NCBI GenBank assembly: GCA_944360075.1
Contig: CALVTE010000002.1
Location: 14,638 to 78,637, forward strand
Direction of reading: 5' to 3'
Source of the DNA: an uncultured Clostridia bacterium
GTDB lineage: Bacteria > Bacillota > Clostridia > Christensenellales > UBA1242
DNA: 64,000 bases
Shown: in pieces, positions 17,881-26,446 of the stretch
Position numbering within the stretch: position 1 is the stretch's first letter
How the letters are laid out: every line of letters starts with the position of its first letter
The notes under the pieces: model-generated
What the model was told of the DNA's origin: nothing
Databases searched by the model: none
What the model saw: only the letters and a program-made list of their open reading frames with translations
Made by a program: the position numbers and the translations under genes

Positions 17881-19650
17881 CTATATTTTTTTAGAATTTT
17901 CTTCATTTTTAAGTCTTTCGATAAAATCTTGCAAATTTAGACCTGTTTTGTTTTCGTTTCCACGGCCTCTGATGGAAATTGTGTTGGCACTTTCTTCTTC
18001 ATCGCCAACGATGATAAGATATGGCACTTTCATAGAAAGGGCTTCTCTGATTTTGTAGCCAATCTTTTCATTTCTCGTGTCAACTTCAGCCCTAAAGCCA
18101 AGGTCAAAAAGTTGTTTTTTGATTTTTTCTGCGTAGTCATTGTTACGCTCAGTCAGAGAAAGCACTCTCACCTGCTCAGGCGCAAGCCAAAGCGGAAATG
18201 CTCCTGCATATTTTTCAATAAGGTAAGCCAATGTTCTTTCGTAACAACCTATGCTAGTTCTATGAATTATATAAGGAGTCTTTTTTGAACCATCTTTATC
18301 TGTATATTCCATACCGAATTTTTCAGCAAGCATTTGGTCAATTTGAATTGTTATTAAAGTATCTTCTTTCCCAAAAACATTTTTAATTTGTATGTCTAGT
18401 TTAGGTCCATAAAATGCAGCTTCGCCAATGCCTACAACATATGGAATTTTCAAGTGATCAAGGATTTTTTTCATAGTTGCTTGTGCTTCGTCCCATTGTT
18501 CTTTCGTGCCAATGTATTTTTCTTTGTCATTCTCATCCCATTGAGAGAAACGATATGAAGCATCTTCATAAAGCCCTAAAGTTTTTAACATAAATATTGC
18601 AAGTTCTAGGCAATTTTTGAATTCTTGTTCAAGTTGATCTGGTCTACACATTAAATGGCCTTCAGAAATTGTAAATTGTCTAACTCTTATAAGTCCATGC
18701 ATTTCGCCGCTAGCTTCATTTCTAAATAATGTTGAAGTTTCGTCATATCTTAAAGGCAAATCCTTGTATGACCTAGGTTTATTTAAATAAGCTTGGTATT
18801 GGAAAGGACAAGTCATAGGTCTCAAAGCAAATACTTCTTCATCTGTCTTTTCATTACCCAAAACAAACATTCCATCTTTATAGTGGTCCCAATGTCCAGA
18901 AATTTTGTATAGATCACTCTTTGCCATAAAAGGAGTCTTTGTAAGTTGCCAACCTCTTTTAGCTTCTTCATCTTCGACAAATCTTTGCATTATTTGAATG
19001 ACTTTTGCACCTCTAGGTAATAAAATTGGCAAACCTTGACCGATATAATCAACAGTAGTAAATAGCTCAAGCTCTCTACCTAATTTGTTATGATCTCTTT
19101 TCTTTGCCTCTTGCAGCATTGCAATATGGTCAGCGAGTTCTTTTTTGGTTTTGAAAGCATAGCAGTAAACTCGTTGCAGCATTTTGTTTTTCTCGTCCCC
19201 TCTCCAGTATGCGCCATTAACGCTATGGATTTTGAAGCCATAGTTTTGCACTCGTTTTGTGCTGTCAATATGAGGTCCTCTGCAAAGGTCAAAAAAGTTG
19301 TCGCCGGTATAGTAGATTGAAACTTCTTCGCCGTCAGGAAGCTCATTTATAATTTCAGTTTTATACTGGTTGTCAGCAAAAAGTTTGAGAGCCTTTTCTT
19401 TTGAAACAACTTCTCTTCGAAATTCTTCGCCCCTATTTATAATCTCTTGCATTTTCTTTTCAATGGTTTTAAATTCGTCTGGCGTGATAGATTGGTCAAG
19501 GTCGATATCGTAGTAAAATCCATCTTCAATCGCAGGTCCAATGGTGAGTTTGGTGTTTGGATAAAGCTCCACCAGTGCTTTTGCCAGCACATGAGCAAGC
19601 GAGTGCCTTGCTTTTTCAAGTTCTAAATCTTTTTCCTTTTTAATTTCCAT
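17881..19650 (-). CDS. thrS: threonine--tRNA ligase lacking the N-terminal TGS domain
   Basis: 589 aa from ATG at 19650. Starts directly in the editing/SAD domain (ARHSLAHVLAKA, LCRGPH), followed by a class II core and an anticodon-binding domain. The 35 extra codons in the ORF track overlap the T-box terminator. Confidence 0.95.
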   Translation of the reverse strand: MEIKKEKDLELEKARHSLAHVLAKALVELYPNTKLTIGPAIEDGFYYDIDLDQSITPDEFKTIEKKMQEIINRGEEFRREVVSKEKALKLFADNQYKTEIINELPDGEEVSIYYTGDNFFDLCRGPHIDSTKRVQNYGFKIHSVNGAYWRGDEKNKMLQRVYCYAFKTKKELADHIAMLQEAKKRDHNKLGRELELFTTVDYIGQGLPILLPRGAKVIQIMQRFVEDEEAKRGWQLTKTPFMAKSDLYKISGHWDHYKDGMFVLGNEKTDEEVFALRPMTCPFQYQAYLNKPRSYKDLPLRYDETSTLFRNEASGEMHGLIRVRQFTISEGHLMCRPDQLEQEFKNCLELAIFMLKTLGLYEDASYRFSQWDENDKEKYIGTKEQWDEAQATMKKILDHLKIPYVVGIGEAAFYGPKLDIQIKNVFGKEDTLITIQIDQMLAEKFGMEYTDKDGSKKTPYIIHRTSIGCYERTLAYLIEKYAGAFPLWLAPEQVRVLSLTERNNDYAEKIKKQLFDLGFRAEVDTRNEKIGYKIREALSMKVPYLIIVGDEEESANTISIRGRGNENKTGLNLQDFIERLKNEENSKKI

Positions 19651-19675
19651 GTTTTTCTCCTTTTCTTGACGCTTA

Positions 19676-19862
19676 AAATAAAAAAGCGCCCTTAAAAACT
19701 TAAGGACGATTTGTAAAATCAAACCGCGGTTCCACCTTAATTGCAAAAGTGCCACTTAATTTATGCTCTTCTCCGCTGCAGTGGTTTCGTTTTTCATCTA
19801 GCCAAGGTTTTTCACCAACCAACCCTTCTCTGAACGCATCAAATCAAACTACTTGTCTGCTG
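19676..19862 (-). promoter_or_regulatory. T-box riboswitch leader (Thr, ACC specifier) with terminator
   Basis: Read on the minus strand: AGAGA bulge, GGTGAAA distal loop, GAA-ACC-A specifier (ACC at 19783-19785), T-box sequence AATTAAGGTGGAACCGCGG (19724-19742), and a terminator CGTCCTTAA-tttt-TTAAGGGCG followed by CTTTTTTATTTT (19676-19708). Confidence 0.85.
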
Positions 19863-19868
19863 CTCCAA

Positions 19869-19897
19869 GTCTAATCAAATTATATTCTTATTTGCAG
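19869..19897 (-). promoter_or_regulatory. sigma-A-type promoter of the thrS T-box leader
   Basis: Minus strand TTGACA-17 nt-TATAAT, exact. Confidence 0.7.
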
Positions 19898-19926
19898 AAG
19901 TTGTCAAGCGATTGTATAGGAAAAAA

Positions 19927-20688
19927 TCAGATTTTTCCAAAATTGTTTATCTTTGACGAGTTTTTGTTGGTTATGCGCTCGTCAAACAGCCTGTGAAGCA
20001 GAGTGATTGCCCTGCTTTGGTCAGAACAGTATAGATTGATTTTTTGAGGCGACAGGTCGATTATCGAAGAGACCAAACATTCTTCTGAAAAATCCTTGTT
20101 TTGATACTGTTTGTCGCTCACATAAATCTTATAGCTGTGGTCAGCACTTTGATATATGCTGATTTCTTCTTCACAAATTTCAAGGTTGTCAATCAAAAAT
20201 TTTAATAGGTCTATAAAACTTTCTGTAGAGGTCAAATATTCACGATTTTCATTTGCAAGCGTGACAAGCTCTGTCCATTTTGATTTGAGCGTGGAAAGTT
20301 TGAACTGATAAAAGCTTTCGAGAAAAAAATCTTTTTCAAGCTTAAGACATTTTTTAACCAAATATCTGTCAGTTTCTTTATCAAAGTTAAGAAGAGCCTT
20401 TTTGAAGGCGTTTAAACCAAGATTGTCAAGGTTTGGCAAAATAAGTTGAGAGTCTAAAAAACTGGATTTAAAAACGGTGCATATCACCTCGGTAATGCAG
20501 TTTGAAAGATAGATTTGAGTTTTTTCTCGCTCTTGCTCTTTGACTGCAACAAGAATGGAAATATACCCTTGCTGCTCTACCGACGTGACAACTGCGTGAT
20601 ATTTCGAGCAAAAGAGAGAAAGATTGTTGTGAATAAACTTTGCAAGTTGATAATTTTCAGTCTTAAGATTGAGCGAAAACTCCCACAT
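19927..20688 (-). CDS. hypothetical protein, possibly sporulation protein YtxC
   Basis: 253 aa. The only argument is position immediately upstream of thrS (as ytxC is in Bacillus) and similar size. No motif was verified. Confidence 0.35.
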   Translation of the reverse strand: MWEFSLNLKTENYQLAKFIHNNLSLFCSKYHAVVTSVEQQGYISILVAVKEQEREKTQIYLSNCITEVICTVFKSSFLDSQLILPNLDNLGLNAFKKALLNFDKETDRYLVKKCLKLEKDFFLESFYQFKLSTLKSKWTELVTLANENREYLTSTESFIDLLKFLIDNLEICEEEISIYQSADHSYKIYVSDKQYQNKDFSEECLVSSIIDLSPQKINLYCSDQSRAITLLHRLFDERITNKNSSKINNFGKI

Positions 20689-20815
20689 AGAAACTCCTTA
20701 CTCTCCTATTCTATGCAAGCAAAACAAAAATACTCAAAAAAAATATGTTTTCTTATAAATAATTTGACAAAAAAAATAAAATAATCAATAATAAAGATAT
20801 AAAAGGAAAGGGAAT

Positions 20816-21559
20816 ATGAAAAGTAAATTCAAATTTGTTTTATCGCTCTTGCTTCTTATGCCGCTTATGTTGCTTGCAGCTTGCGACATCACAAATTACT
20901 ATACCATCACTTGCCGCTCTAGTGATGAAACTCTTGGCCTAGCAAGTGGAGGAAGCGACGTGGCAAAAGCAGATGGCAGCGAGTTAACTTTGGTTGCAAC
21001 AGAACTTAATCCTGAGCAAAACCCTTTTGTTTGCTGGATAAAAGATAACAGCAAAGTTGTTTCTTTTGACAAAAACTATTCACTGACCTATTCCGCGCAA
21101 ACTCAAGGCAACTACACAGCCTTTTATCACGAAAATCCAAACGGAGTTGCCTATGCCACCGTCACAGACATCAAGATTGAAGGCGTAAGCAGCGGAACCG
21201 TGCAAGTGCAATATGCAAGCACAAATTCTTCAACCAACTATCGCACGCTAGAAAATTTGTCTTTCAGCAGCGGAACTTGCCAAACAGACAAGACCAATTT
21301 GATTTATTTTGGCGGCGCAAGTGGCAGTGATGGCAGAAATGAATTTGTTTTCAGAGTTATTGTGTCGCAGCCAACAAGCACTGGCGGAGAAACAAGCTAT
21401 ACAATCATGATTGACTCAATATTGACAAACGCGGCCTCAGCCAGCCAAAATCAAGCAAATTTCGACAGCCAAGGCCAATGCACTTTGACAGGCACAAACA
21501 ACGATAACATAACTTTGACCATCACTTTATCAAAAATTTCAGCCACCATGTATGCTTAA
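20816..21559 (+). CDS. lipoprotein of unknown function
   Basis: 247 aa. Signal peptide with lipobox LLAAC at residues 19-23. Ser/Thr/Asn-rich mature part. AAAGGAAAGGGAA RBS. Confidence 0.7.
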   Translation: MKSKFKFVLSLLLLMPLMLLAACDITNYYTITCRSSDETLGLASGGSDVAKADGSELTLVATELNPEQNPFVCWIKDNSKVVSFDKNYSLTYSAQTQGNYTAFYHENPNGVAYATVTDIKIEGVSSGTVQVQYASTNSSTNYRTLENLSFSSGTCQTDKTNLIYFGGASGSDGRNEFVFRVIVSQPTSTGGETSYTIMIDSILTNAASASQNQANFDSQGQCTLTGTNNDNITLTITLSKISATMYA

Positions 21560-21570
21560 AATTAAAAAAG

Positions 21571-21601
21571 AAAAAAGAAGACAGCATCTGTCTTCTTTTT
21601 T
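21571..21601. terminator. bidirectional intrinsic terminator
   Basis: AAAAAA-GAAGACAG-cat-CTGTCTTC-TTTTTT between two convergent genes. Confidence 0.75.
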
Positions 21602-21610
21602 GGTTGAAAA

Positions 21611-21745
21611 CTACCTAGAACAGCTTTTTGTTTCAGATTTTGAAGCTTTGCTGTCGCGTGATTTAGCCTCTTTTGCGCTTTCAACATTTCTTGTTGTTTT
21701 GGCGCGTTTTGAAGACTTGTTCATTTTGGAATTTTTACCAAACAT
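21611..21745 (-). CDS. 44-aa highly basic Ser/Lys-rich small protein
   Basis: AGGAGG lies 8 nt before ATG at 21745. Product MFGKNSKMNKSSKRAKTTRNVESAKEAKSRDSKASKSETKSCSR. The longer ORF-track form (73 aa) lacks an RBS. Confidence 0.5.
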   Translation of the reverse strand: MFGKNSKMNKSSKRAKTTRNVESAKEAKSRDSKASKSETKSCSR

Positions 21746-21866
21746 AGTTTTCACCTCCTGTTTATTCAAGGATAAGCTCCTTGTAAATTTAGTGTGCCCT
21801 GAGATTAAAGAAATTATACTATCTTTAAGCATTTATTAAATTTTTTTTGCAAAAGCCAAGCAAAAA

Positions 21867-21899
21867 CAAAAAAAGGACGCTTGTTTTGCGCCCTTTTTT
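21867..21899 (-). terminator. intrinsic terminator after the DUF1292 gene
   Basis: Minus strand AGGGCGC-aaaacaa-GCGTCCT followed by TTTTTTTG. Confidence 0.7.
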
Positions 21900-21911
21900 C
21901 AAACTTTCAGC

Positions 21912-22391
21912 TTATTTTTTGCTTGCTTTTTTTGCTGGAGCTTTTGCTGGTTTTTCTTCAGCTTTTTTTCCTGCAGCTTTTGCTGGCTTTTTTGCTTCAG
22001 CTTTTGCTGGAACTTTTTTTGCAGCTGGTTTCTTTTCTTTTTGTTTTGACATTTCTTCTTCAAGAAGGTCATAGTATTCGTCAAAAACATCGATTGCAAC
22101 ATCTTCGTCTTCTTCGATTTTCAAAACAGTGTTGCCATCTTTGTCTTGGTCAACCAAGAAAACGATAGCATCGTTGTCGTTAAGGCCTTCAATTTTGTCA
22201 ACAGGCTTTAAAATAGCGAAAAGTTTTTTCTCTTTTTTCACTTCGTGAACAATCATTGCGATTTGTTCAAAAGAAATTTGTTTGCCTTTTTCATCCATCA
22301 AAGTGATTGGATCTTTGTTTTCTTTGTCAAGAAGTATGTCAAGAAGGTCAACTGGTTGAACTTCTTCTTTATTTTCCACTTTTTTACTCAT
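21912..22391 (-). CDS. DUF1292 (YrzB/UPF0473-like) protein fused to a PAKA-repeat lysine-rich tail
   Basis: 159 aa. Core ITLMDEKGKQISFEQIAMI ... LFAILKPVD ... AIVFLVDQDKDGNTVLKIEEDEDV ... VFDEYYDLL. Follows ruvX as yrzB does in Bacillus. Tail KKPAAKKVPAKAEAKKPAKAAGKKAEEKPAKAPAKKASKK. Confidence 0.7.
   Translation of the reverse strand: MSKKVENKEEVQPVDLLDILLDKENKDPITLMDEKGKQISFEQIAMIVHEVKKEKKLFAILKPVDKIEGLNDNDAIVFLVDQDKDGNTVLKIEEDEDVAIDVFDEYYDLLEEEMSKQKEKKPAAKKVPAKAEAKKPAKAAGKKAEEKPAKAPAKKASKK
21927..22028. repeat. coding 12-mer repeats (agcttttgctgg) underlying the PAKA tail
   Basis: Exact copies at 21939-21950, 21975-21986 and 21999-22010, with partial copies flanking them. Confidence 0.7.
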
Positions 22392-22393
22392 AT

Positions 22394-22822
22394 TTAACCC
22401 CTTTTTGTTTGATTGAGATATGTTTGCAAAATAATCTGCGCCGAAATTTTATCGATAAGTTCCTTTCGCTTTTCCCTTCGAACTTTGCTTTCAATCAAAA
22501 TTTCTTCTGCTTCAGCCGAGGTTAAGCGCTCATCAACAAAAGCGACTTTGACACCTGACAATTCAGAAAGTTTTTGCCCTATCTCTCTGTGAAGTTTTGC
22601 TCTTTCACCCTCGCTACCATCCATATTGAGCGGCAGTCCCATTGCAACTTCGTCAACATTAAACTGTTTGATAAGATCGTTTAAATGCTGTAAAGATTGC
22701 TCAGGAGAAAGATTTTGAAAAACTTCGTATGGGCTTGAGATAATGCACAGAGCGTCTGTCAAAGCAACTCCGATGCGTTTGTCTCCATAATCAACTCCCA
22801 TTTTTCTTGTCCGTTGCATCAT
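22394..22822 (-). CDS. ruvX: Holliday junction resolvase-like protein RuvX (YqgF)
   Basis: 142 aa. MGVDYGDKRIGVALTD N-terminal motif, then VDERLTS. The real start may be the ATG at 22801. Confidence 0.9.
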   Translation of the reverse strand: MMQRTRKMGVDYGDKRIGVALTDALCIISSPYEVFQNLSPEQSLQHLNDLIKQFNVDEVAMGLPLNMDGSEGERAKLHREIGQKLSELSGVKVAFVDERLTSAEAEEILIESKVRREKRKELIDKISAQIILQTYLNQTKRG

Positions 22823-22890
22823 AACTCACCTATACTATACAATTTTTAAATAATTTAGTCAAACAAAAAAGTCTATATTTACAAAAATAA

Positions 22891-23568
22891 TTAAAATTTT
22901 ATAAAAGATAAGATGCTCATCAAATCGTCCGTTTTTTCAACTGCGTGCGTCCAAATGCTTTTATCCTTAAAATTAGTATGCAAAGGATTAAGGCAGACAG
23001 TCTCAACACCGCTTTTGGCAGCATCCTCATCATTGAAAGAATTGCCCACAAAAACAACTTCCTCTTTTTTCAGATTGTATTTTTCCATCTGCTTCAAAAT
23101 AAAGTCGCTTTTGCCTTCCACATTTGTGCTGGGCATAATGCTTCCATTCACCACGCCATTGTTGTCAACAGTCAAAGTGATGGCTTCAACATGAGTGATA
23201 TATTTTTTCATGCTTTTAAGTTTTTGGTCGATAATATTTTTAATTCCATTTGACAAAACGCAAATTTTTATGTTGTTTTGATAAAAAATTTTAAAAACCT
23301 TTTCGCAGTTGTCCAATAATTTTATCTTTCTCGTCACAGATGCAAACATCTTGTTTCCAACTTTATTTTCTCTGAAAATGTCTAAAACTTTGTCAAGCCA
23401 CTCTTTGTAATTTATTTTTTTTGCCACATACATTTTGTAAAGCGTCTCAGCCTGCTGGTAAAGCCCAATTTTATCCCAAATTCTAGCCCAAGCATTGTCA
23501 AGTCTGTCAGGTTTTGTCAAGGTTCCGTCAAAGTCAAAAATCACAAGTTTTGTTTTATTTGCATTCAT
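22891..23568 (-). CDS. HAD-superfamily hydrolase (phosphoserine-phosphatase-like subfamily IB)
   Basis: 225 aa from ATG at 23568, with GGGAGAA 7 nt upstream. Motif I VIFDFDGTLTK, motif IV GNSFNDEDAA. Overlaps the polA end by 14 nt. Confidence 0.8.
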   Translation of the reverse strand: MNANKTKLVIFDFDGTLTKPDRLDNAWARIWDKIGLYQQAETLYKMYVAKKINYKEWLDKVLDIFRENKVGNKMFASVTRKIKLLDNCEKVFKIFYQNNIKICVLSNGIKNIIDQKLKSMKKYITHVEAITLTVDNNGVVNGSIMPSTNVEGKSDFILKQMEKYNLKKEEVVFVGNSFNDEDAAKSGVETVCLNPLHTNFKDKSIWTHAVEKTDDLMSILSFIKF

Positions 23569-26044
23569 ACAAACTTTCTCCCACGCCAATGGAAACTTTC
23601 AAAGGCACTTTTAAAGTGGTTATATTTTCCATTTCAGTTTTCAAGATGTTTTTCACAGAGTTTTCTTCGCCAGGATAGCAGTCGACAATAAGCTCATCGT
23701 GAATTTGCAAAATAAGTTTGCTTTTAAGATTATTCTCTTGCAAAACTTTTGCAACCTTTATCATTGCAAGTTTGATTATGTCGGAAGCGGTGCCTTGAAG
23801 CGGCATATTCATCGCCACCCTTTCGGCAAAATTTCGAACGGCATATTTTGAAGAATTGATATCGCCGATTATTCTTCGTCTGCCAAATTTTGTCTTAGCA
23901 TAGCCGTGATTTTTGGCAAACTCGACATTTGAATCCATAAACTGTTTGACTTTTGGATATTTTTCAAAGTAGTTGTCAATATATTGCTTCGCGCTTGCCC
24001 TTGAAGATTTGATGTTTTGCGAAAGGCCATAATCACTTATGCCATAAATTATTCCAAAATTCACTGCTTTGGCATCTCGGCGTTGAGCGGCAGTGATTTT
24101 TTCAAGAGGAAGATGGAAAATTTCTGATGCAGTGATGGTGTGTATGTCTAGCCCTTGGTTGTAGGCCTCAATCAATTTTTCTTCACCAGACATATCGGCA
24201 AGCAGTCTTAGTTCAATTTGATTATAGTCGGCAGAAATGATTTTTCCGTTTTCAAATTTTGAAACGAAAATTTTTCGCAGCTTGTTGCCTTCAATGTCTC
24301 TTGTTGGAATGTTTTGCAAGTTTGGCTCGCTGCTTGAAAGCCTGCCTGTGTTTGTCAAAGTTTGATTGAAAGTGGTGTGAATCACATCGCTACCGCTTTG
24401 AAGCAGCTCTTTATACACATCGATATACGTGTTTTTGATTTTTGCAAGTTTGCGATGCTCCAAAATATGCCCCACAACAGGGATATATGAAAGCTCTTCA
24501 AGCACAGTTTTTGCAGTTGAGCGTTTTTTGTTGTTATAAGCTTTTATTCCAAGATTGTCGAAAAGCACTTTGGCTGTCTGCTGCGTGGAATTAATGTTGA
24601 ACTCCTCGCCCGCTTCTCTGTAAATTTCTTCTTTGAGCTTTTGCAGTTTTGAAGAAAAATATTGGTCAAGCTCTTCCAACTTTTCGCCATTGATTTTAAA
24701 GCCTTCCTTCTCCATTTCAAACAAAATTTTGCAAAGTGGCAGTTCAATTTGATTAAAAATAAATCTCAGCCCATCATCCATTTTGTCAAGATAGGATTTA
24801 AGAGAAGAAAACAGCCGTTCGGTCTCGATAGACTTTTGCATATTGCCGCCAACATTGACCACGTAATTTGCCACCATGGCATCTGTGTAGTTTATTAGTT
24901 TGATGCCAAATTTGTCAAGAATATGCATATCTTCTTTTGCTGCAGAGCTGATTTTCAAAACGTTTTCATTTTCAAAAACATTTTTTAGTTTTGTTGCTAT
25001 CTCTTCAAAAGAAAGGCCCCCATCAAACATTTGAAAGTTTTGCTCAAGATAATATAATTTTCCGTTAAAAATAAATTCAAGTTTTTGAAGATTGTAAATA
25101 AATTCGCCTTCACTTATCTTTGACATTTTTTCAAGCACAGACTGGTCAAGAACAGCTTTTTCAAAACTATTTTCTTGACTTTTTTCTTGCCTTTCGCCAA
25201 AAAGTTCAGCCTTTAAAAGTGAAGAAAAATCCCAGCTCTGAAAAAGGTTGTAGCAGTCCTTGGAAAAAGGAAGCGAAAAATCAAGTTCAGACATGCTATA
25301 GTCAAAATGGCAGTCACGTTTTATTGTGGCAAGTTTTTGCGACAAGAAAGCAGAATTCTTGTCATTTTCGAGTTTTTCTTTGAGTTTGCCTTTGATTTGG
25401 TCAAGATTTTTATAAACCTTTTCAAGGTCGCCAAACTGCTCAAGCAAACCAAGTGCAGTTTTCTCGCCCACGCCGCTCACGCCTGGAATGTTGTCTGAGC
25501 TGTCTCCCATCAAAGCTTTCAAATCCACAATCTGCTCTGGCAAAAGCCCATACAATTCTTTCAATCTTTTTCTGTCAACTTTTTCAACAACTGAAACGCC
25601 TTTTTTTGTAAGCCAAACAAAGGTGTTGTCAGAGATAAGTTGCAACAAATCTCTGTCGCCTGAAAGAAGATATTTTTCTCCATTGAGTTGTTTTGAAAGT
25701 GTGCCGATGATGTCATCTGCCTCAATGCCTTCCACTTCAAGAGTGCAAATCCCCATGGCTTTGAGCATTTTTTTGATAAGAGGAAATTGGCTTACAAGTT
25801 CCTTGGGCGTTTCCTTGCGTTGCGCTTTGTATTGGCTGTAAATTTCGTTTCGAAAGGTTTTACGTGAGTGGTCAAAAGCCACAGCAATTTTGTTTGGTTT
25901 TAGTTCTGAGATGATTTTTATCAAAATGTTTGCAAAGCCAAAAACTGCACCAGTTGGCTGGCCTTCATGATTTGACAAAAATGGCAAAGCGTAAAAGGCT
26001 CGGTTTGCAAGGCTGTTGCCGTCGATAATCAAAATTTTATCCAT
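23555..26044 (-). CDS. polA: DNA polymerase I
   Basis: 829 aa. 5' nuclease domain (LIIDGNSLANRAFYA). Pol motif A ADYNQIELRLLA, motif B RRDAKAVNFGIIYG, motif C LQIHDELIV. Confidence 0.95.
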   Translation of the reverse strand: MDKILIIDGNSLANRAFYALPFLSNHEGQPTGAVFGFANILIKIISELKPNKIAVAFDHSRKTFRNEIYSQYKAQRKETPKELVSQFPLIKKMLKAMGICTLEVEGIEADDIIGTLSKQLNGEKYLLSGDRDLLQLISDNTFVWLTKKGVSVVEKVDRKRLKELYGLLPEQIVDLKALMGDSSDNIPGVSGVGEKTALGLLEQFGDLEKVYKNLDQIKGKLKEKLENDKNSAFLSQKLATIKRDCHFDYSMSELDFSLPFSKDCYNLFQSWDFSSLLKAELFGERQEKSQENSFEKAVLDQSVLEKMSKISEGEFIYNLQKLEFIFNGKLYYLEQNFQMFDGGLSFEEIATKLKNVFENENVLKISSAAKEDMHILDKFGIKLINYTDAMVANYVVNVGGNMQKSIETERLFSSLKSYLDKMDDGLRFIFNQIELPLCKILFEMEKEGFKINGEKLEELDQYFSSKLQKLKEEIYREAGEEFNINSTQQTAKVLFDNLGIKAYNNKKRSTAKTVLEELSYIPVVGHILEHRKLAKIKNTYIDVYKELLQSGSDVIHTTFNQTLTNTGRLSSSEPNLQNIPTRDIEGNKLRKIFVSKFENGKIISADYNQIELRLLADMSGEEKLIEAYNQGLDIHTITASEIFHLPLEKITAAQRRDAKAVNFGIIYGISDYGLSQNIKSSRASAKQYIDNYFEKYPKVKQFMDSNVEFAKNHGYAKTKFGRRRIIGDINSSKYAVRNFAERVAMNMPLQGTASDIIKLAMIKVAKVLQENNLKSKLILQIHDELIVDCYPGEENSVKNILKTEMENITTLKVPLKVSIGVGESLYECK

Positions 26045-26053
26045 ATTTTCCCC

Positions 26054-26359
26054 TTAAAATTTTATAAGTGCGGTGTTGTCTTCAATGATGTGAAAAAGTT
26101 CTCTGAAAGTGTCTGGCATCACAGCTGTCAAAACCAAGAAAACCGTTGCAAGCACAAGCAAGATAAAGAAAGCGATTTTAAGCGGATTGCCAAAAAAGTT
26201 TATGGCAGCATAGGCAAGCATAATGGCAAGCCCGCCATAATTTGCAATCATTCTGATCGTTTCATTGACCTCCACGGCCACATTGCAATAGCATAAAAGA
26301 GCAATATAGCCTATCGTCAAAACGGCAAGCACAAAATACAAAACAGTTTTCATTTCCAC
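26054..26359 (-). CDS. 3-TM membrane protein, unknown function
   Basis: 101 aa with three hydrophobic helices. Starts 9 nt upstream of polA. Confidence 0.5.
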   Translation of the reverse strand: MEMKTVLYFVLAVLTIGYIALLCYCNVAVEVNETIRMIANYGGLAIMLAYAAINFFGNPLKIAFFILLVLATVFLVLTAVMPDTFRELFHIIEDNTALIKF

Positions 26360-26416
26360 TCCTTTTGACTTGTTTAAAATATTTTATCACACTTTTTTTT
26401 ATTTAACAAACAAAAA

Positions 26417-26446
26417 TATAAAAAAGAGCCTTAAATTGACTCTTTT
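26417..26446 (-). terminator. possible intrinsic terminator after the acyltransferase-like gene
   Basis: Minus strand AAGAGTC-aatttaa-GGCTCTT (one mismatch) followed by TTTTATATTTTT. Spans the stop codon. Confidence 0.4.

Noticed and set aside
19651-19755. 35-codon N-terminal extension of the thrS ORF (MALLQLRWNRG...).
   Set aside because: It overlaps the T-box sequence and its terminator hairpin. A good start with an RBS exists at 19650.
21927-22028. Repeated 12-mers that looked at first like a short repeat array.
   Set aside because: The copies are in frame inside a CDS and encode PAKA repeats. There are no spacers of constant length, so this is not a CRISPR array.
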